A model generated the notes under the pieces. It saw only the letters and a list, made by a program, of their open reading frames with translations, had not been told where the DNA came from and searched no databases. A stretch of 64,000 bases of DNA from an uncultured Solirubrobacterales bacterium (GTDB taxonomy: Bacteria > Actinomycetota > Thermoleophilia > Solirubrobacterales > 70-9), in assembly GCA_963803755.1 (NCBI GenBank), contig CAWDNP010000012.1:111307-175306 (forward strand), written 5' to 3'. Every line of letters begins with the position of its first letter. The first letter of the stretch is position 1. Both the position numbers and the translations under genes were made by a program. Of the stretch, positions 17,471 to 27,626 are shown piece by piece.

Positions 17471-19411
17471 ATGCTCGATGCCGGGCGCTATCTACTGGGT
17501 GTCGCCGAGCTTGCGGTACTCGCAGGCTTCGCCACCCTGGGAGCTGCGCGAGTGCGCTCGCGGTTGCTGCCCGGCTTTTCGGGGCCTCCCGCCTGGATTG
17601 CGACTGCGGTGGTGGCGCTGGCACTTGTGATCTGGGTCGCCGAGCTGCTTGGGACCTTCGGCGCGTTCAAGGCTTTGCCCTACATTCTGTGTGTTGTCGC
17701 GGCAGGGCTCGGCATCTGGGCGCTCGGTCGGGGGTCCAGCGGAGGAGTCATTCCAAGTCCGACGCCCGAAGCCGAGACGGTGGCCACGGTGCTCGCGCTG
17801 CTGGTCGCTGCGGGCGCGGTCCTCCACTTTGCTGCGGGCGTGCAGTTGCGCCTCAGCACAGGGATGACCGGGTTCGATTCGACCTGGTACCACGGGCCGC
17901 TTGCCGCCGAGTTCTTCCAGACCGGGAACACGTTTAGCCTGCACTTCATCGCGCCGCAGTACTTGGCGTGGTTTTATCCGGCCAACTCGGAACTCTTCCA
18001 CGCGGTTGGGATGGTGGCGTTCGGCCGCGACATCCTCTCTCCGCTACTCAATTTCGGATGGCTCCTAGGTTGCCTGTTCGCTGCTTGGTGTATTGGGCGG
18101 CCGTACCGCGTTGCGGCGGCGTCGCTGGCGTTGGTCTCGATCGCGCTGAGTGTCCCGGTGTTGGGCGATCAGGCCGGGGAGGCGCGCAACGACATCGTCG
18201 GGATCTTCTTCCTGCTCGCTGCCGTTGCGGTTGGCGTCAATGCCTGGGAGGCTCGCTCGGATCGACGACTCTCGACTGGAGCGCTCGTGGTCGTCGGGCT
18301 GGCGGCGGGGTTGGCGGCTGGGACCAAGCTCAACTTCGTGCCGCCCGCCGCAGTGCTTGTGATCGGGCTGGTCGCGATCGCACCCAGAGGGGGGAGGCGG
18401 CGCGCCCTCGCGGCCGCCGGCCTGCCCGCGCTGGCCGGGGGCGGCTACTGGTACCTGCGGAACCTGATCCAGGCCGGCAACCCGCTGCCCTGGGTGCGCC
18501 ACCTGGGGCCGATCTCCCTCCCGTCCCCCGACCAGGCGCTGGGCGGCCGCGAAGCGCACAGCGTCTTCGATTACCTGACCAACGGCTCGGTCTGGTCACA
18601 CTGGTTCTTGCCGGGGTTGCAGCAGGGGCTCTGGATCGTCTGGCCGTTGCTCGGCGGGCTGGCGCTGGCCGGGCTGCTGCTATGTCTCGGGCGCGGCGCA
18701 AGCCCGCTGCTGCGGGTCTTCGGGGCGGTCGGGTTGGTCGCGGCGTTGACTTGGCTGCTCGCGCCGACCTCGGCGGAGGGGCCCGCCGGGATGCCGCGCG
18801 GGTTCGAGTCCGCGCTTCGCTACCTGACCCCGACCCTGATCCTCGGCATGGCGCTGCTGCCGATCACGCCTGCACTGAGGGAGCGGATCCGCCGCTGGGC
18901 GTCGCTCGGCCCCCGCCGGAGGTGGGCGGTGCCCGCCTGGGCTCCGGTGGCCCTGGGGGTGCTGCTGCTGGCGGCGGTGGCGTTCGGCTATCGAGAGCAA
19001 CGCAGCTACCTCCAGCACCGCTACGCCCATCCCGGCTTCACGACCCAGGGCCTTGACGCCGCCTTCCGCTGGGCGCGCTCGATCTCTGGTGCTCGCATAG
19101 CTACGACCAGCACCCGCCAGTACCCGCTGTTCGGGACTGATCTCTCAAACCATGTCCAGTACGTCGGCATCGAGCGCCCCCACGGCGGCTTCGTCGCCCC
19201 CACCACTTGCCGCTCATGGCGTCGCCAGCTAAACGCCGGCCATTATGAATACGTGGTCGCCAGCCGCGATCGCATCGAACCGGGCAAGCCGGCCTATCCC
19301 CCAACGGTTCTATGGACTGAAGGTCCCGGCGCCACCGCCATCCTCAGAAAGCCCCCCACGGTCGTCTTCCACATCAGGACCCAACTGAACCCGTCGTCCT
19401 GCCCCAAGTAG
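17471..19411 (+). CDS. Large polytopic membrane protein, possibly a GT-C fold (ArnT/PMT-like) glycosyltransferase
   Basis: 646 aa with many N-terminal TM segments and a C-terminal non-membrane domain. ATG overlaps the murJ stop (TAGATG). Family assignment is tentative. Confidence 0.45.
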   Translation: MLDAGRYLLGVAELAVLAGFATLGAARVRSRLLPGFSGPPAWIATAVVALALVIWVAELLGTFGAFKALPYILCVVAAGLGIWALGRGSSGGVIPSPTPEAETVATVLALLVAAGAVLHFAAGVQLRLSTGMTGFDSTWYHGPLAAEFFQTGNTFSLHFIAPQYLAWFYPANSELFHAVGMVAFGRDILSPLLNFGWLLGCLFAAWCIGRPYRVAAASLALVSIALSVPVLGDQAGEARNDIVGIFFLLAAVAVGVNAWEARSDRRLSTGALVVVGLAAGLAAGTKLNFVPPAAVLVIGLVAIAPRGGRRRALAAAGLPALAGGGYWYLRNLIQAGNPLPWVRHLGPISLPSPDQALGGREAHSVFDYLTNGSVWSHWFLPGLQQGLWIVWPLLGGLALAGLLLCLGRGASPLLRVFGAVGLVAALTWLLAPTSAEGPAGMPRGFESALRYLTPTLILGMALLPITPALRERIRRWASLGPRRRWAVPAWAPVALGVLLLAAVAFGYREQRSYLQHRYAHPGFTTQGLDAAFRWARSISGARIATTSTRQYPLFGTDLSNHVQYVGIERPHGGFVAPTTCRSWRRQLNAGHYEYVVASRDRIEPGKPAYPPTVLWTEGPGATAILRKPPTVVFHIRTQLNPSSCPK

Positions 19412-19601
19412 CGGCAGCTTCCGCGGGTGGCGTCGGGCTGGGTGTCATCCTTGGGCTGCGCGCTGCTCTGAGTGTGGGGACTTTTCGCTTGCATGGTCGA
19501 GCCTTCCCTCTCCGGCCTTCACCCGGCGGAGAACGCCCCACCCCGACGACAAGGCCCACGGCCGAAGCGCATTCGTGCAGCCGCCATACTCCGGCCGGTC
19601 C

Positions 19602-21395
19602 ATGGACCGCATCCGCAACTTCTCGATCATCGCCCACATCGACCACGGCAAGTCGACCCTGGCCGACCGCATCCTCGAGATCACCGAGGCGGTCGACCCG
19701 AAGAAGATGCGCGCCCAGGTGCTCGACTCGATGGATCTCGAGCGGGAGCGCGGGATCACGATCAAGGCGCAGGCGGTGAGGGTCGACTACCGCGCCTCCG
19801 ACGGTGAGACTTACCACCTGCACCTGATCGACACCCCCGGCCACGTCGACTTCTCCTATGAGGTCTCGCGCAGCCTCGCCGCCTGCGAGGGGGCGTTGCT
19901 GGTCGTCGACGCCGCCCAGGGGGTCGAGGCGCAGACCGTCGCCAACACCTACCTGGCGATCGAGAACGAACTGGAGCTGATCCCGGTGATCAACAAGGTC
20001 GACCTGCCCGGTGCCGAGCCGGAGCGCGTCGCAGGGGAGATCGCCGACCTACTCGGCGGCGATCCCGGTGAGGTGCTGCGGATCTCGGCCAAGACCGGAG
20101 AGGGGGTGGTCGAGGTGCTGGAGGCGATCGTCGACCGCATCCCGCCACCGCAGGGAGACCCGGCGGCGCCGCCGCGCGCCCTCATCTTTGACTCCGAGTT
20201 CGACCAGTACCGGGGCGTGATCGCCTACGTGCGAATGGTCGACGGAGTCTTCCGCAAGCGCGAGCAGGTCCTCGCCATGCAGAACGGCACCGAGGCCGAC
20301 ATCGACGACATTGGCTTCTTCCGCCCTCAGATGTCCCCCGCTCCGGGAATGGAAGCGGGCGAGGTCGGCTACGTGATCACAGGCCTCAAGGACGTCGCCA
20401 AGCTGCGGGTCGGTGACACGCTAACCGCACTTAATCGGGCCGCCTCGGAGCCGCTGGAGGGATACCGCGAGGTGAAGCCGATGGTCTTCTGCGGGCTCTT
20501 CCCGATCGATACCGACCGCTACGAAGACCTCCGCGACGCGCTCGACAAGCTGGCCCTCAACGACGCGGCCCTCTCCTATGAGCCGGAGACCTCCAACGCA
20601 CTCGGCTTCGGCTTTCGCTGCGGTTTCCTCGGCCTCCTCCACATGGAGATCGTGCGCGAGCGGTTGGAGCGCGAGTACGGACTGGAGTTGCTGGCGACGA
20701 CCCCGAACGTGCGCTACGAGGTCAAGCTGATCGGGGGTGAGACGGTCGAGGTCCGCAGCCCGACCGAGATGCCCGATCCGGGCTCGATCCTCGAGATCGA
20801 CGAGCCTTACATCCGGGCGACGATCATCGCCCCCTCGGACTACGTCGGCGCGGTGATGGAGCTTTGCCAGAAGCGCCGCGGCACCCACGTCGACATGCAC
20901 TACCTCAGTCCGCAGCGGGTGCAGATCCGCTACGACCTACCGCTGGCCGAGATCGTGCTCGACTTCTTCGACTACCTGAAGTCCTCCACCCGCGGCTACG
21001 CCTCGCTGGACTACGAGACGATCGGCAACCACCCCGGCGACCTGGTCAAGCTCGACATCCTGCTCGCCGGCGACAAGGTCGACGCGCTCTCGGTGATCGT
21101 TCACCGCGACTTCGCCTATGAGCAGGGCAAAGCCTTAGTCGAGCGCTTGCGCAAGACGATTCCGCGGCAGCTGTTCGACATCCCGGTGCAGGCGGCGATC
21201 GGCTCGAGGGTACTGGCGCGCGAGACGGTAAAGGCCCTGCGCAAGGACGTCACCGCGAAGCTATACGGCGGCGACGTTACCCGCAAGCAGAAGCTGCTGA
21301 AGAAGCAAAAAGCGGGCAAGAAGCGGATGAAGCAGGTGGGGCGGGTAGAGGTGCCGCAGGAGGCGTTCCTAGCGGTGCTGGAGCTCGATGAATAG
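19602..21395 (+). CDS. lepA: Elongation factor 4 (LepA)
   Basis: [35 protein letters not shown] and the LepA-specific C-terminal domain. Confidence 0.93.
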   Translation: MDRIRNFSIIAHIDHGKSTLADRILEITEAVDPKKMRAQVLDSMDLERERGITIKAQAVRVDYRASDGETYHLHLIDTPGHVDFSYEVSRSLAACEGALLVVDAAQGVEAQTVANTYLAIENELELIPVINKVDLPGAEPERVAGEIADLLGGDPGEVLRISAKTGEGVVEVLEAIVDRIPPPQGDPAAPPRALIFDSEFDQYRGVIAYVRMVDGVFRKREQVLAMQNGTEADIDDIGFFRPQMSPAPGMEAGEVGYVITGLKDVAKLRVGDTLTALNRAASEPLEGYREVKPMVFCGLFPIDTDRYEDLRDALDKLALNDAALSYEPETSNALGFGFRCGFLGLLHMEIVRERLEREYGLELLATTPNVRYEVKLIGGETVEVRSPTEMPDPGSILEIDEPYIRATIIAPSDYVGAVMELCQKRRGTHVDMHYLSPQRVQIRYDLPLAEIVLDFFDYLKSSTRGYASLDYETIGNHPGDLVKLDILLAGDKVDALSVIVHRDFAYEQGKALVERLRKTIPRQLFDIPVQAAIGSRVLARETVKALRKDVTAKLYGGDVTRKQKLLKKQKAGKKRMKQVGRVEVPQEAFLAVLELDE

Positions 21396-21411
21396 AGATA
21401 GGGTGCCCGCG

Positions 21412-21852
21412 ATGGCGATTAAGGCGGAGGCGATAGACAAGGAGTGGCCCGCCACGACGTATGAGGTGGGCAAGGAGAAGATCAGGGAGTACGCGACGGT
21501 GCTCGGGATCGACAACCCGGTCCACTTTGATCGTGAGACCGCGAAGGCGGCGGGCTTTCGGGACGTCGTCGCGCCACCGATGTTCTGCGTCGTCTACAGC
21601 GCGCCGGCGCTGGCGCCGGCGATGTTTGACCCCGAGGTGGGGATGAACTTCGCGACGATGGTGCACGGCGGCCAGGAGTTCGAGTGGGGCGAGCCGGCCT
21701 GCTCTGGGGATGAGATAACGACGACCGCGAAGTGCTTGGAGATCTTCGAGAAAGACGGCAAGGGCTTCTACGTCTTCGAGACCAACTCGGTCAACCAGAA
21801 CGGCGATCAGGTCGTGCGGGGTGTCTGGACCAACATCGTCAGGGGGGTGTGA
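21412..21852 (+). CDS. MaoC-like (hot-dog fold) dehydratase N-terminal-type subunit (HadA-like)
   Basis: MAIKAEAIDKEWPATTYEVGKEKIREYATVLG... resembles the FAS1-like dehydratase N-terminal domain. Paired with the next gene. Confidence 0.65.
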   Translation: MAIKAEAIDKEWPATTYEVGKEKIREYATVLGIDNPVHFDRETAKAAGFRDVVAPPMFCVVYSAPALAPAMFDPEVGMNFATMVHGGQEFEWGEPACSGDEITTTAKCLEIFEKDGKGFYVFETNSVNQNGDQVVRGVWTNIVRGV

Positions 21853-21854
21853 GC

Positions 21855-22247
21855 ATGGGCGAGCTGAAGGTCGGAGACCAGGTTCCGGAGCTGAGGGTGA
21901 CCCCCGACAAGTACCTGCCGCACCGCTACGCGGGCGCTTCGGGTGACTTCAACCCGATCCACATCGACCCCGAGTTCGCCAGGGCGGTCGGGCTGCCGGG
22001 CACGATCCTGCATGGCCTCTACATGATGGGGCTCCTCGCCCGGGCCAACGCGGCCCTCGCCGGTGGCGACCCGAGGGCGCTGAAGCGCCTCTCGGTGCAG
22101 TTCCGTGGCATGGGCGCTCCAGAGCAGGAGATCGTCGTGACCGGCACGGTCAAGTCAGTCCAGGGCGGACGAGTCGTGATCGACACGGTCGCGGCTCAGG
22201 GCGATAACCAGACGATTCGAAACGCCGAGGCCGAGGTCCAGCCCTAG
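21855..22247 (+). CDS. MaoC-family (R)-specific hydratase/dehydratase subunit (HadB-like)
   Basis: YAGASGDFNPIHIDPEFARAVGLPGTILHG is the MaoC hydratase motif. ATG 21855 is internal to track ORF 21732... Confidence 0.75.
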   Translation: MGELKVGDQVPELRVTPDKYLPHRYAGASGDFNPIHIDPEFARAVGLPGTILHGLYMMGLLARANAALAGGDPRALKRLSVQFRGMGAPEQEIVVTGTVKSVQGGRVVIDTVAAQGDNQTIRNAEAEVQP

Positions 22248-22269
22248 CGGTTCCTAGAATGGAGAGCCG

Positions 22270-23004
22270 ATGCTCTCTGTGCGGCAAGAGCTGATTCTTG
22301 GCCTGGTGGTCGATTCGTATCTCGGATCGGCGAAGCCCGTCGCGTCCCGGGAGATCGCCGAGAGGCCCGATGTCGAGTGGGGGGCCTCTACGGTTCGGGC
22401 GGAGTTGGCAGCGCTGGAGGCTGCGGGATACCTGATGCATCCGCACACCTCGGCCGGTCGCGTGCCGACCGATGCCGGCTACCGCCGCTACGTCGACACA
22501 CTGGTCCAGTCAGGGACAGCTGAGGTCGGAGCGAGGGTTGAGCTGCAGCTCTCGTGGCTGCGGCGCGAGGTCGACGACGCGATGCGGGAGACGACGACCG
22601 TGTTGGCCCAGGTCACCGACCTGATGGCCTTGGCCACCGCGCCGCCCCTCGGCGAACCCCTCTACATGCACGGTGCCGCACGACTTCTCTCCGAGGAGCA
22701 CTTCGCCGATCTGCCGCGAATCGATCGGCTGATGACCGCGCTGGAAGGCCGCGCCGACGTGCTCGGAATGCTGCACTCTGCCCTGGAGGAGCGCTCGGTC
22801 TTCTGCTGGATCGGCGACGAGAACCCGCAGCCGGAGCTGCGCTCGGTCAGCGTCATCGGCGCCAACTACGGGCTCGGTCACCGCAACCTCGGCTCGGTCG
22901 GCGTGGTCGGGCCGCTGCGGATGGACTACGCGACGGCTATCGCTTCCGTCCAGGTCGCCGCGCGCGAGCTCTCGCGCTACTTCGAGACCGTCTACGGCGG
23001 CTGA
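22270..23004 (+). CDS. hrcA: Heat-inducible transcription repressor HrcA, unusually short (244 aa)
   Basis: Winged-helix N-terminus (PVASREIAER...STVRAELAALEAAGYLMHPHTSAGRVPTDAGYRRYVD) and conserved C-terminus (GSVGVVGPLRMDYATAIASV) lie in one frame, but about 100 residues of the middle domain are missing. Confidence 0.8.
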   Translation: MLSVRQELILGLVVDSYLGSAKPVASREIAERPDVEWGASTVRAELAALEAAGYLMHPHTSAGRVPTDAGYRRYVDTLVQSGTAEVGARVELQLSWLRREVDDAMRETTTVLAQVTDLMALATAPPLGEPLYMHGAARLLSEEHFADLPRIDRLMTALEGRADVLGMLHSALEERSVFCWIGDENPQPELRSVSVIGANYGLGHRNLGSVGVVGPLRMDYATAIASVQVAARELSRYFETVYGG

Positions 23005-23010
23005 TCGCCG

Positions 23011-23682
23011 ATGCCGAGCGACTACTACAACGTCCTCGGCCTCGAGCGGGGTGCTTCCGAGGCGGAAGTGAAGAAGGCGTTCCGGCGCCTCGCCCGCGAG
23101 CTGCACCCCGACGTCAACAACCACGACCCGGGTGCGGAGGAGAAGTTCAAGGCGGCAGCCGAGGCCTACGAGGTGCTCTCTGACCCCGAGCGCCGGGGCG
23201 TCTATGACGCCTATGGCCACGAGGGCCTGCGATCCGGCGGCTTCCCACCTGGCGGCGCCGGCTTCGGCTCGATCGAGGACATCTTCCAGGCCTTCTTCGG
23301 GGGCGGGCTCGGTTTCGAAGTGCGGCGTGGGCCGATGCGCGGCCAGGACCTGATCCACGCGGTCGAGCTGACTGCCGTAGAGGCGATGCTCGGCAGGGCG
23401 GTGAAAATCCCCAGCCACGAGGGTGAGCGCGAGATCGAGATCCCGGCCGGGACCCAGCATGGCGCCCGCTATGCGCTGCGTGGCCACGGACTGCCCGGGT
23501 CCGGCGGCGGTCCGCCCGGTGACCTGGTGATCGTCGTCCACGTGATCATCCCTTCCAACCTTTCTGAGGAGCAGCGCGAGCTGGCGGAGAGGCTGGGGGA
23601 GACGCTCGGGCCGGGCAACCTCGGCTCTCGGCAAGGCGCCGAGGAAGGGTTCATCTCCCGCGTCCGCAAAGCCTTCGGTTGA
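23011..23682 (+). CDS. dnaJ: DnaJ-like co-chaperone lacking the Cys-rich zinc-finger domain (223 aa)
   Basis: J domain with HPD (DYYNVLGL...LHPDVN), a G/F region and a C-terminal [26 protein letters not shown]. The protein contains no cysteine. Confidence 0.8.
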   Translation: MPSDYYNVLGLERGASEAEVKKAFRRLARELHPDVNNHDPGAEEKFKAAAEAYEVLSDPERRGVYDAYGHEGLRSGGFPPGGAGFGSIEDIFQAFFGGGLGFEVRRGPMRGQDLIHAVELTAVEAMLGRAVKIPSHEGEREIEIPAGTQHGARYALRGHGLPGSGGGPPGDLVIVVHVIIPSNLSEEQRELAERLGETLGPGNLGSRQGAEEGFISRVRKAFG

Positions 23683-24500
23683 TCCGACTCGCGGTTCGCT
23701 GCTCCCCGGAGCAGGCCGATCTGGTCCTCGCCGAGCTGGTGGTGCTGGCGCCGAACGGGGTCGAGGAAGAGCGCGGCCCTGGCTACGTCGAGTACGCGAT
23801 CTACGGTGGCGAGGGAGAGCTGCCGGAGCTTGGGGAGATCGACGCCGCAGTCGGTGAGGAGCGGGTCGAGGTGAGCGCGACCGAGGTCCCCGACGACTGG
23901 GCCGATCGCTGGCAGGATTTCCACAAGCCGCTCCTGGTCGGCGGCCGCCTCTGGTTGCGGCCCTCCTGGGAGGAGCCGCGCAAGGGCGCGGTCGATCTCG
24001 TCGTCGACCCCGGCCGCGCCTTCGGCACCGGCGCCCATCCCACCACCCGCCTCTGCCTGGAGCTGCTGCTCGAGCTGGAGGCGGCGGGCGAGGCGGGCGG
24101 CGCGCTCACCGACCTGGGCACCGGCTCCGGCGTGCTGGGGATTGCCGCCGCCAAGCTGGGCTGGGAGCCGGTGCGTGGCTATGACCACGAGGCGCCGGCG
24201 ATCGAGGCTGCGGCAGCGAACGCCGAGGCCAACTGCGTCGCGGTCGAGTTGGAGAGCCTCAACCTGCGCGAGCGCCTGCCCGCCCTCGCGCCGACGACGG
24301 TTGCCAACCTCACCGCCCCGATCCTGCGCGCCGTCGCCGCGCAGATGGGCGATGCGAGCGCCCCCCGAACCCTGGTCTGCTCAGGCCTGCTCCCCTCCGA
24401 GCTCGACGAGGTCACAGCCGCCTTCGCCGCCGCCGGCCTCACCGAGGCCGACCGTCGCCGCAACGGTGACTGGGCGGCGCTGCTGTTGCGCCGAGCCTGA
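23679..24500 (+). CDS. prmA: Ribosomal protein L11 methyltransferase
   Basis: [37 protein letters not shown] and the SAM motif [20 protein letters not shown] start overlaps the dnaJ stop. Confidence 0.85.
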   Translation: MIRLAVRCSPEQADLVLAELVVLAPNGVEEERGPGYVEYAIYGGEGELPELGEIDAAVGEERVEVSATEVPDDWADRWQDFHKPLLVGGRLWLRPSWEEPRKGAVDLVVDPGRAFGTGAHPTTRLCLELLLELEAAGEAGGALTDLGTGSGVLGIAAAKLGWEPVRGYDHEAPAIEAAAANAEANCVAVELESLNLRERLPALAPTTVANLTAPILRAVAAQMGDASAPRTLVCSGLLPSELDEVTAAFAAAGLTEADRRRNGDWAALLLRRA

Positions 24501-24538
24501 GCGGGGTCGCGCCGGGGTTTGGCATATCGTTCCCGTCG

Positions 24539-25012
24539 ATGCTGGCGACGATCACCGGCTACAGCGTCGGCCTCTTCATTCACATCCTGGCCGTCGTTCT
24601 GGCTTTCGGACCGACCTTCGGCTACGCGCTGTTCTTCTCCGTGGTGCCCCAGTTCCCGCGGGCGACGCCGGCGATTCTTGCCGGGGTGCAGAAGACCGAC
24701 CGCTACTTGGTCAACCCCGGGATGATCGCCCTGCTTCTCGCCGGGGTCTATCTACTCGCCGAAGGACCGTGGAAGGGCAGCGAAACGTTCATCGGTGTCG
24801 GCTTCGCGGCCATCCTCGTCCTCTTCGGCCTCCAGCACGGGTTCTTCCAGCCGCAGGTTCGCAGGGCGAAAGCGCTGGCCGAGCGGGACTTGAAGTCCGG
24901 CGAGGTGCTCAGCGAGGAGTTCCTCGCCGTCTCCCAGCGGATCGGCCAGGTCGGCGCCCTCGCCGGCTTGATCGTCGTCGTGGCGATCTTCTTTATGGTC
25001 GTCAAACCCTGA
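24539..25012 (+). CDS. Hypothetical integral membrane protein (4 predicted TM, DUF2269-like)
   Basis: 157-aa hydrophobic ORF in the gap between prmA and murI. Family assignment is tentative. Confidence 0.55.
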   Translation: MLATITGYSVGLFIHILAVVLAFGPTFGYALFFSVVPQFPRATPAILAGVQKTDRYLVNPGMIALLLAGVYLLAEGPWKGSETFIGVGFAAILVLFGLQHGFFQPQVRRAKALAERDLKSGEVLSEEFLAVSQRIGQVGALAGLIVVVAIFFMVVKP

Positions 25013-25062
25013 CGCCCCTGTCCGCCGCCGCTCCCCAACTCGACGCCTCCCTCCCGATCGCT

Positions 25063-25878
25063 ATGTTCGACTCCGGGGTCGGTGGCCTCACGGTGCTGCA
25101 CGAGTGCCTGGTCTCGCTTCCCGAGGAGGACTTCGTCTATCTCGGCGACACGGCGATGTTCCCCTACGGGACGCGCGATCCCGACCGACTGCGGGAGCGA
25201 ATCGGCCGAATCGCCGAGCTGCTGCTCGGCGGCGGCGCCAAGCTGCTGGTGATCGCATGCAACACGGCGACCTCGATCGGGGAGGACGTGGCCCGCGAGA
25301 TCGCCGTCGGGCACGGGGTGGAGGTCGTCCCGGTGGTCGAGCCGCAGGCAGAGATCGCGGCGGCGATCACCGACAGCGGACGGGTCGGCGTGCTGGCGAC
25401 CCCGAACACGGTGGAGAGCGGCTCCTATCGCCGCTCGCTGGAAGCCCAGGGCCGCGCCCTCGAGGTGACCGAGGTCGAGGCGCCGGACCTTGCTCCCTTC
25501 ATCCAGGACGGCGCCCTCTTCGACGAGAAGACGATGGCGATGGCTCGCGCTTACTGCGCGCCGCTGAAGCGAGCCGGGGTCGACACCCTGATCCTCGGTT
25601 GTACCCACTACCCACTCGTCGCTCCGATGCTCCAGCGCATTCTCGGCCGCGACGTGCGCCTGGTCAGCGGGGGCCACGCGGTCGCCGCTGCTGCCCAGCG
25701 GGCGCTGGAGCGCCGCGGCCTCGCCCGCGAGCCAGATGGCGAGGGCGCCTATCGCTTCCTTTGCACCGGAGACGCCGACTCCTTCCGCGACCTCGGCACC
25801 CGCTTCCTGCAGATGCCGCTGGGGAAAGTCGAGGCGGTTTCCCTCCCCGACGGCGACGCCTCTACCCTTAGTCCATGA
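25063..25878 (+). CDS. murI: Glutamate racemase
   Basis: FDSGVGGLTV, VIACNTAT and LGCTHYPL motifs. Only the 3' third of the 578-aa track ORF 24142..25878 is MurI. Start may be a non-ATG codon slightly upstream of ATG 25063. Confidence 0.85.
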   Translation: MFDSGVGGLTVLHECLVSLPEEDFVYLGDTAMFPYGTRDPDRLRERIGRIAELLLGGGAKLLVIACNTATSIGEDVAREIAVGHGVEVVPVVEPQAEIAAAITDSGRVGVLATPNTVESGSYRRSLEAQGRALEVTEVEAPDLAPFIQDGALFDEKTMAMARAYCAPLKRAGVDTLILGCTHYPLVAPMLQRILGRDVRLVSGGHAVAAAAQRALERRGLAREPDGEGAYRFLCTGDADSFRDLGTRFLQMPLGKVEAVSLPDGDASTLSP

Positions 25879-26312
25879 GCGAGACGATCCTCGAGTTGGT
25901 CCAAGCGGACGTGCGGACGGCGATGAAAGCAAGGGAACGCGAGCGCGCTGCGGCGCTGCGGATGGTGGTCGACGCGCTCCAGCAAGACGCCAAGCTGGGC
26001 AAGGGCGACGAGGTCGCGGTGCTGCAGCGGGAGCGCAAGAAGCGACTGGAGGCCGCTGAGGCCTACGCGGAGGCAGGGCGCGCGGAGCAGGCCGCTGCCG
26101 AGCGCTTCGAGAGCGAGCTGATCGAGGCCTACCTGCCACAGCAGCTCTCCGATCAGGAGCTGGAGGGGCTGGTCGATGCCGCGGTTGCCGAGACCGGGGC
26201 CAGCGAGCCCCGCCAGATGGGCCAGGTGATGTCGGCTCTGATGCCGAAGCTGGGCGGGCGGGCCGATGGCAAGCGGGTCAGCGCGGCGGTGCGAGAGAAG
26301 CTTGGCGCGTAG
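25875..26312 (+). CDS. GatB/YqeY-domain protein
   Basis: 145 aa. LRMVVDALQQ...AAEAYAEAGRAEQAAAERFESELIEAYLPQQLS and MGQVMSALMPKLGGRADGKRVSAAV are typical of YqeY. Confidence 0.8.
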   Translation: MSETILELVQADVRTAMKARERERAAALRMVVDALQQDAKLGKGDEVAVLQRERKKRLEAAEAYAEAGRAEQAAAERFESELIEAYLPQQLSDQELEGLVDAAVAETGASEPRQMGQVMSALMPKLGGRADGKRVSAAVREKLGA

Positions 26313-27261
26313 GCAGCTGACCCTCGACAACAGCGTCGCCGCGGAGCTGGCGGGCTCCGAGGACGCCGTGCTGCGGGCCCTGCGTGGCCGCCTCGACTGC
26401 GATTTTCACCTGCGTGGCAACGTGCTCACCCTGGACGGGGACTCCGGTGACGTGCAGACGGCGGCGACGGTGGTCGACGAGCTGGTCGAGTTGATCGAGC
26501 AGGGGCATGAGGTCGCGCCGGGAACGATCGAGGCGGTGACCGGGGCGCTCGATGCCCACGAGAGCCCGGCCGAGATCCTTGAGGACGTGGTCTGGCGGCA
26601 CCGCAACACCAAGGTCGCGCCGAAGACCCTCAACCAGAAGCGCTACGTCGACTCGATCCGCCGCCACACGATCACCTTCGGGATCGGCCCGGCCGGCACC
26701 GGCAAGACCTTCCTCGCGGTGGCGATGGCCGCGGCGGCGCTGGCCGAGCGCCAGGTGCAACGGATCATCCTCACCCGGCCCGCGGTCGAGGCGGGGGAGC
26801 GGCTCGGCTTCTTACCGGGCGACATCCAGGCCAAGGTCGACCCCTACCTGCGGCCGCTCTTTGACGCCCTCTACGACATGCTCGACCCCGACCGGGTAAA
26901 TGGCTACTTCGAGCGCGGCGTGATCGAGGTGGCGCCGCTCGCCTTCATGCGTGGCCGCACCCTCAACGACTCCTTCATCATCCTCGATGAGGCGCAGAAC
27001 ACCAGCCCCGAGCAGATGAAGATGTTCCTGACCCGGCTCGGCTTCAACTCCCGGATGGTGGTGACCGGCGACATCACCCAGATCGACCTGCCGACCGACC
27101 AGCGTTCCGGCCTGATCGCGGTTCGCGAGATCCTCGGCGAGGTCCAAGACATCTCCTTCGTCCACTTCGGCGGCGAGGACGTGGTCCGCCACAAGCTGGT
27201 TCAGCGCATCGTCGCGGCGTACGGGGAGCACGCCGAGCGCGAGTCGCACCGCTCGCAGTGA
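26302..27261 (+). CDS. phoH: PhoH-like ATPase (YbeZ)
   Basis: Walker [14 protein letters not shown], then [19 protein letters not shown] and IILDEAQN. Start is uncertain (TTG 26302, CTG 26317 or ATG 26266). Confidence 0.85.
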   Translation: MARRQLTLDNSVAAELAGSEDAVLRALRGRLDCDFHLRGNVLTLDGDSGDVQTAATVVDELVELIEQGHEVAPGTIEAVTGALDAHESPAEILEDVVWRHRNTKVAPKTLNQKRYVDSIRRHTITFGIGPAGTGKTFLAVAMAAAALAERQVQRIILTRPAVEAGERLGFLPGDIQAKVDPYLRPLFDALYDMLDPDRVNGYFERGVIEVAPLAFMRGRTLNDSFIILDEAQNTSPEQMKMFLTRLGFNSRMVVTGDITQIDLPTDQRSGLIAVREILGEVQDISFVHFGGEDVVRHKLVQRIVAAYGEHAERESHRSQ

Positions 27262-27626
27262 CTAAGGTCGACCTCTCAGACGTGCCGGCGAACCTGCGCA
27301 CCGCCGTGGCCGGGGCGCTCGACGCGGCCGGCGTTGCCGACGGGCACCTCGCGGTCGAGCTGGTTGGCGCGGGCCGCATGCGCGAGCTGAACCGTGAGCA
27401 CAGAAGCGAGGACGCCGCAACCGACGTCCTCGCCTTCCCCGTGGACGGAGTTGGCCCGAGCGCCGGTCCCCGAGAGCTGGGTGACGTGGTCATCTGCGAG
27501 GCGTACTGCTCTGAGATGACCGAGGCGGCGGTCCACGGTGTTCTTCACCTCTGCGGCTATGACCACGAGACCGATCTCGGCGAGATGCTCGCGCTCCAGG
27601 AACTTGTGATGGACGGCCTGCGGTGA
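27258..27626 (+). CDS. ybeY: rRNA maturation endoribonuclease YbeY
   Basis: HGVLHLCGYDHE zinc-binding motif; sits between phoH and era. Confidence 0.88.
   Translation: MTKVDLSDVPANLRTAVAGALDAAGVADGHLAVELVGAGRMRELNREHRSEDAATDVLAFPVDGVGPSAGPRELGDVVICEAYCSEMTEAAVHGVLHLCGYDHETDLGEMLALQELVMDGLR

Noticed and set aside
18786-18810. A tRNA T-arm-like sequence (cgcGGGTTCGAGTCCgcg) suggesting a hidden tRNA.
   Set aside because: It lies inside the well-supported membrane-protein ORF (…[10 protein letters not shown]…). The loop would be 8 nt, and no acceptor, D or anticodon arms can be drawn around it.
24142-25062. The N-terminal two-thirds of the 578-aa ORF 24142..25878, suggesting a giant MurI fusion.
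   Set aside because: Only residues from about 25063 onward are MurI-like. The upstream part is Arg/Pro-rich and overlaps prmA and the DUF2269-like membrane gene in other frames.
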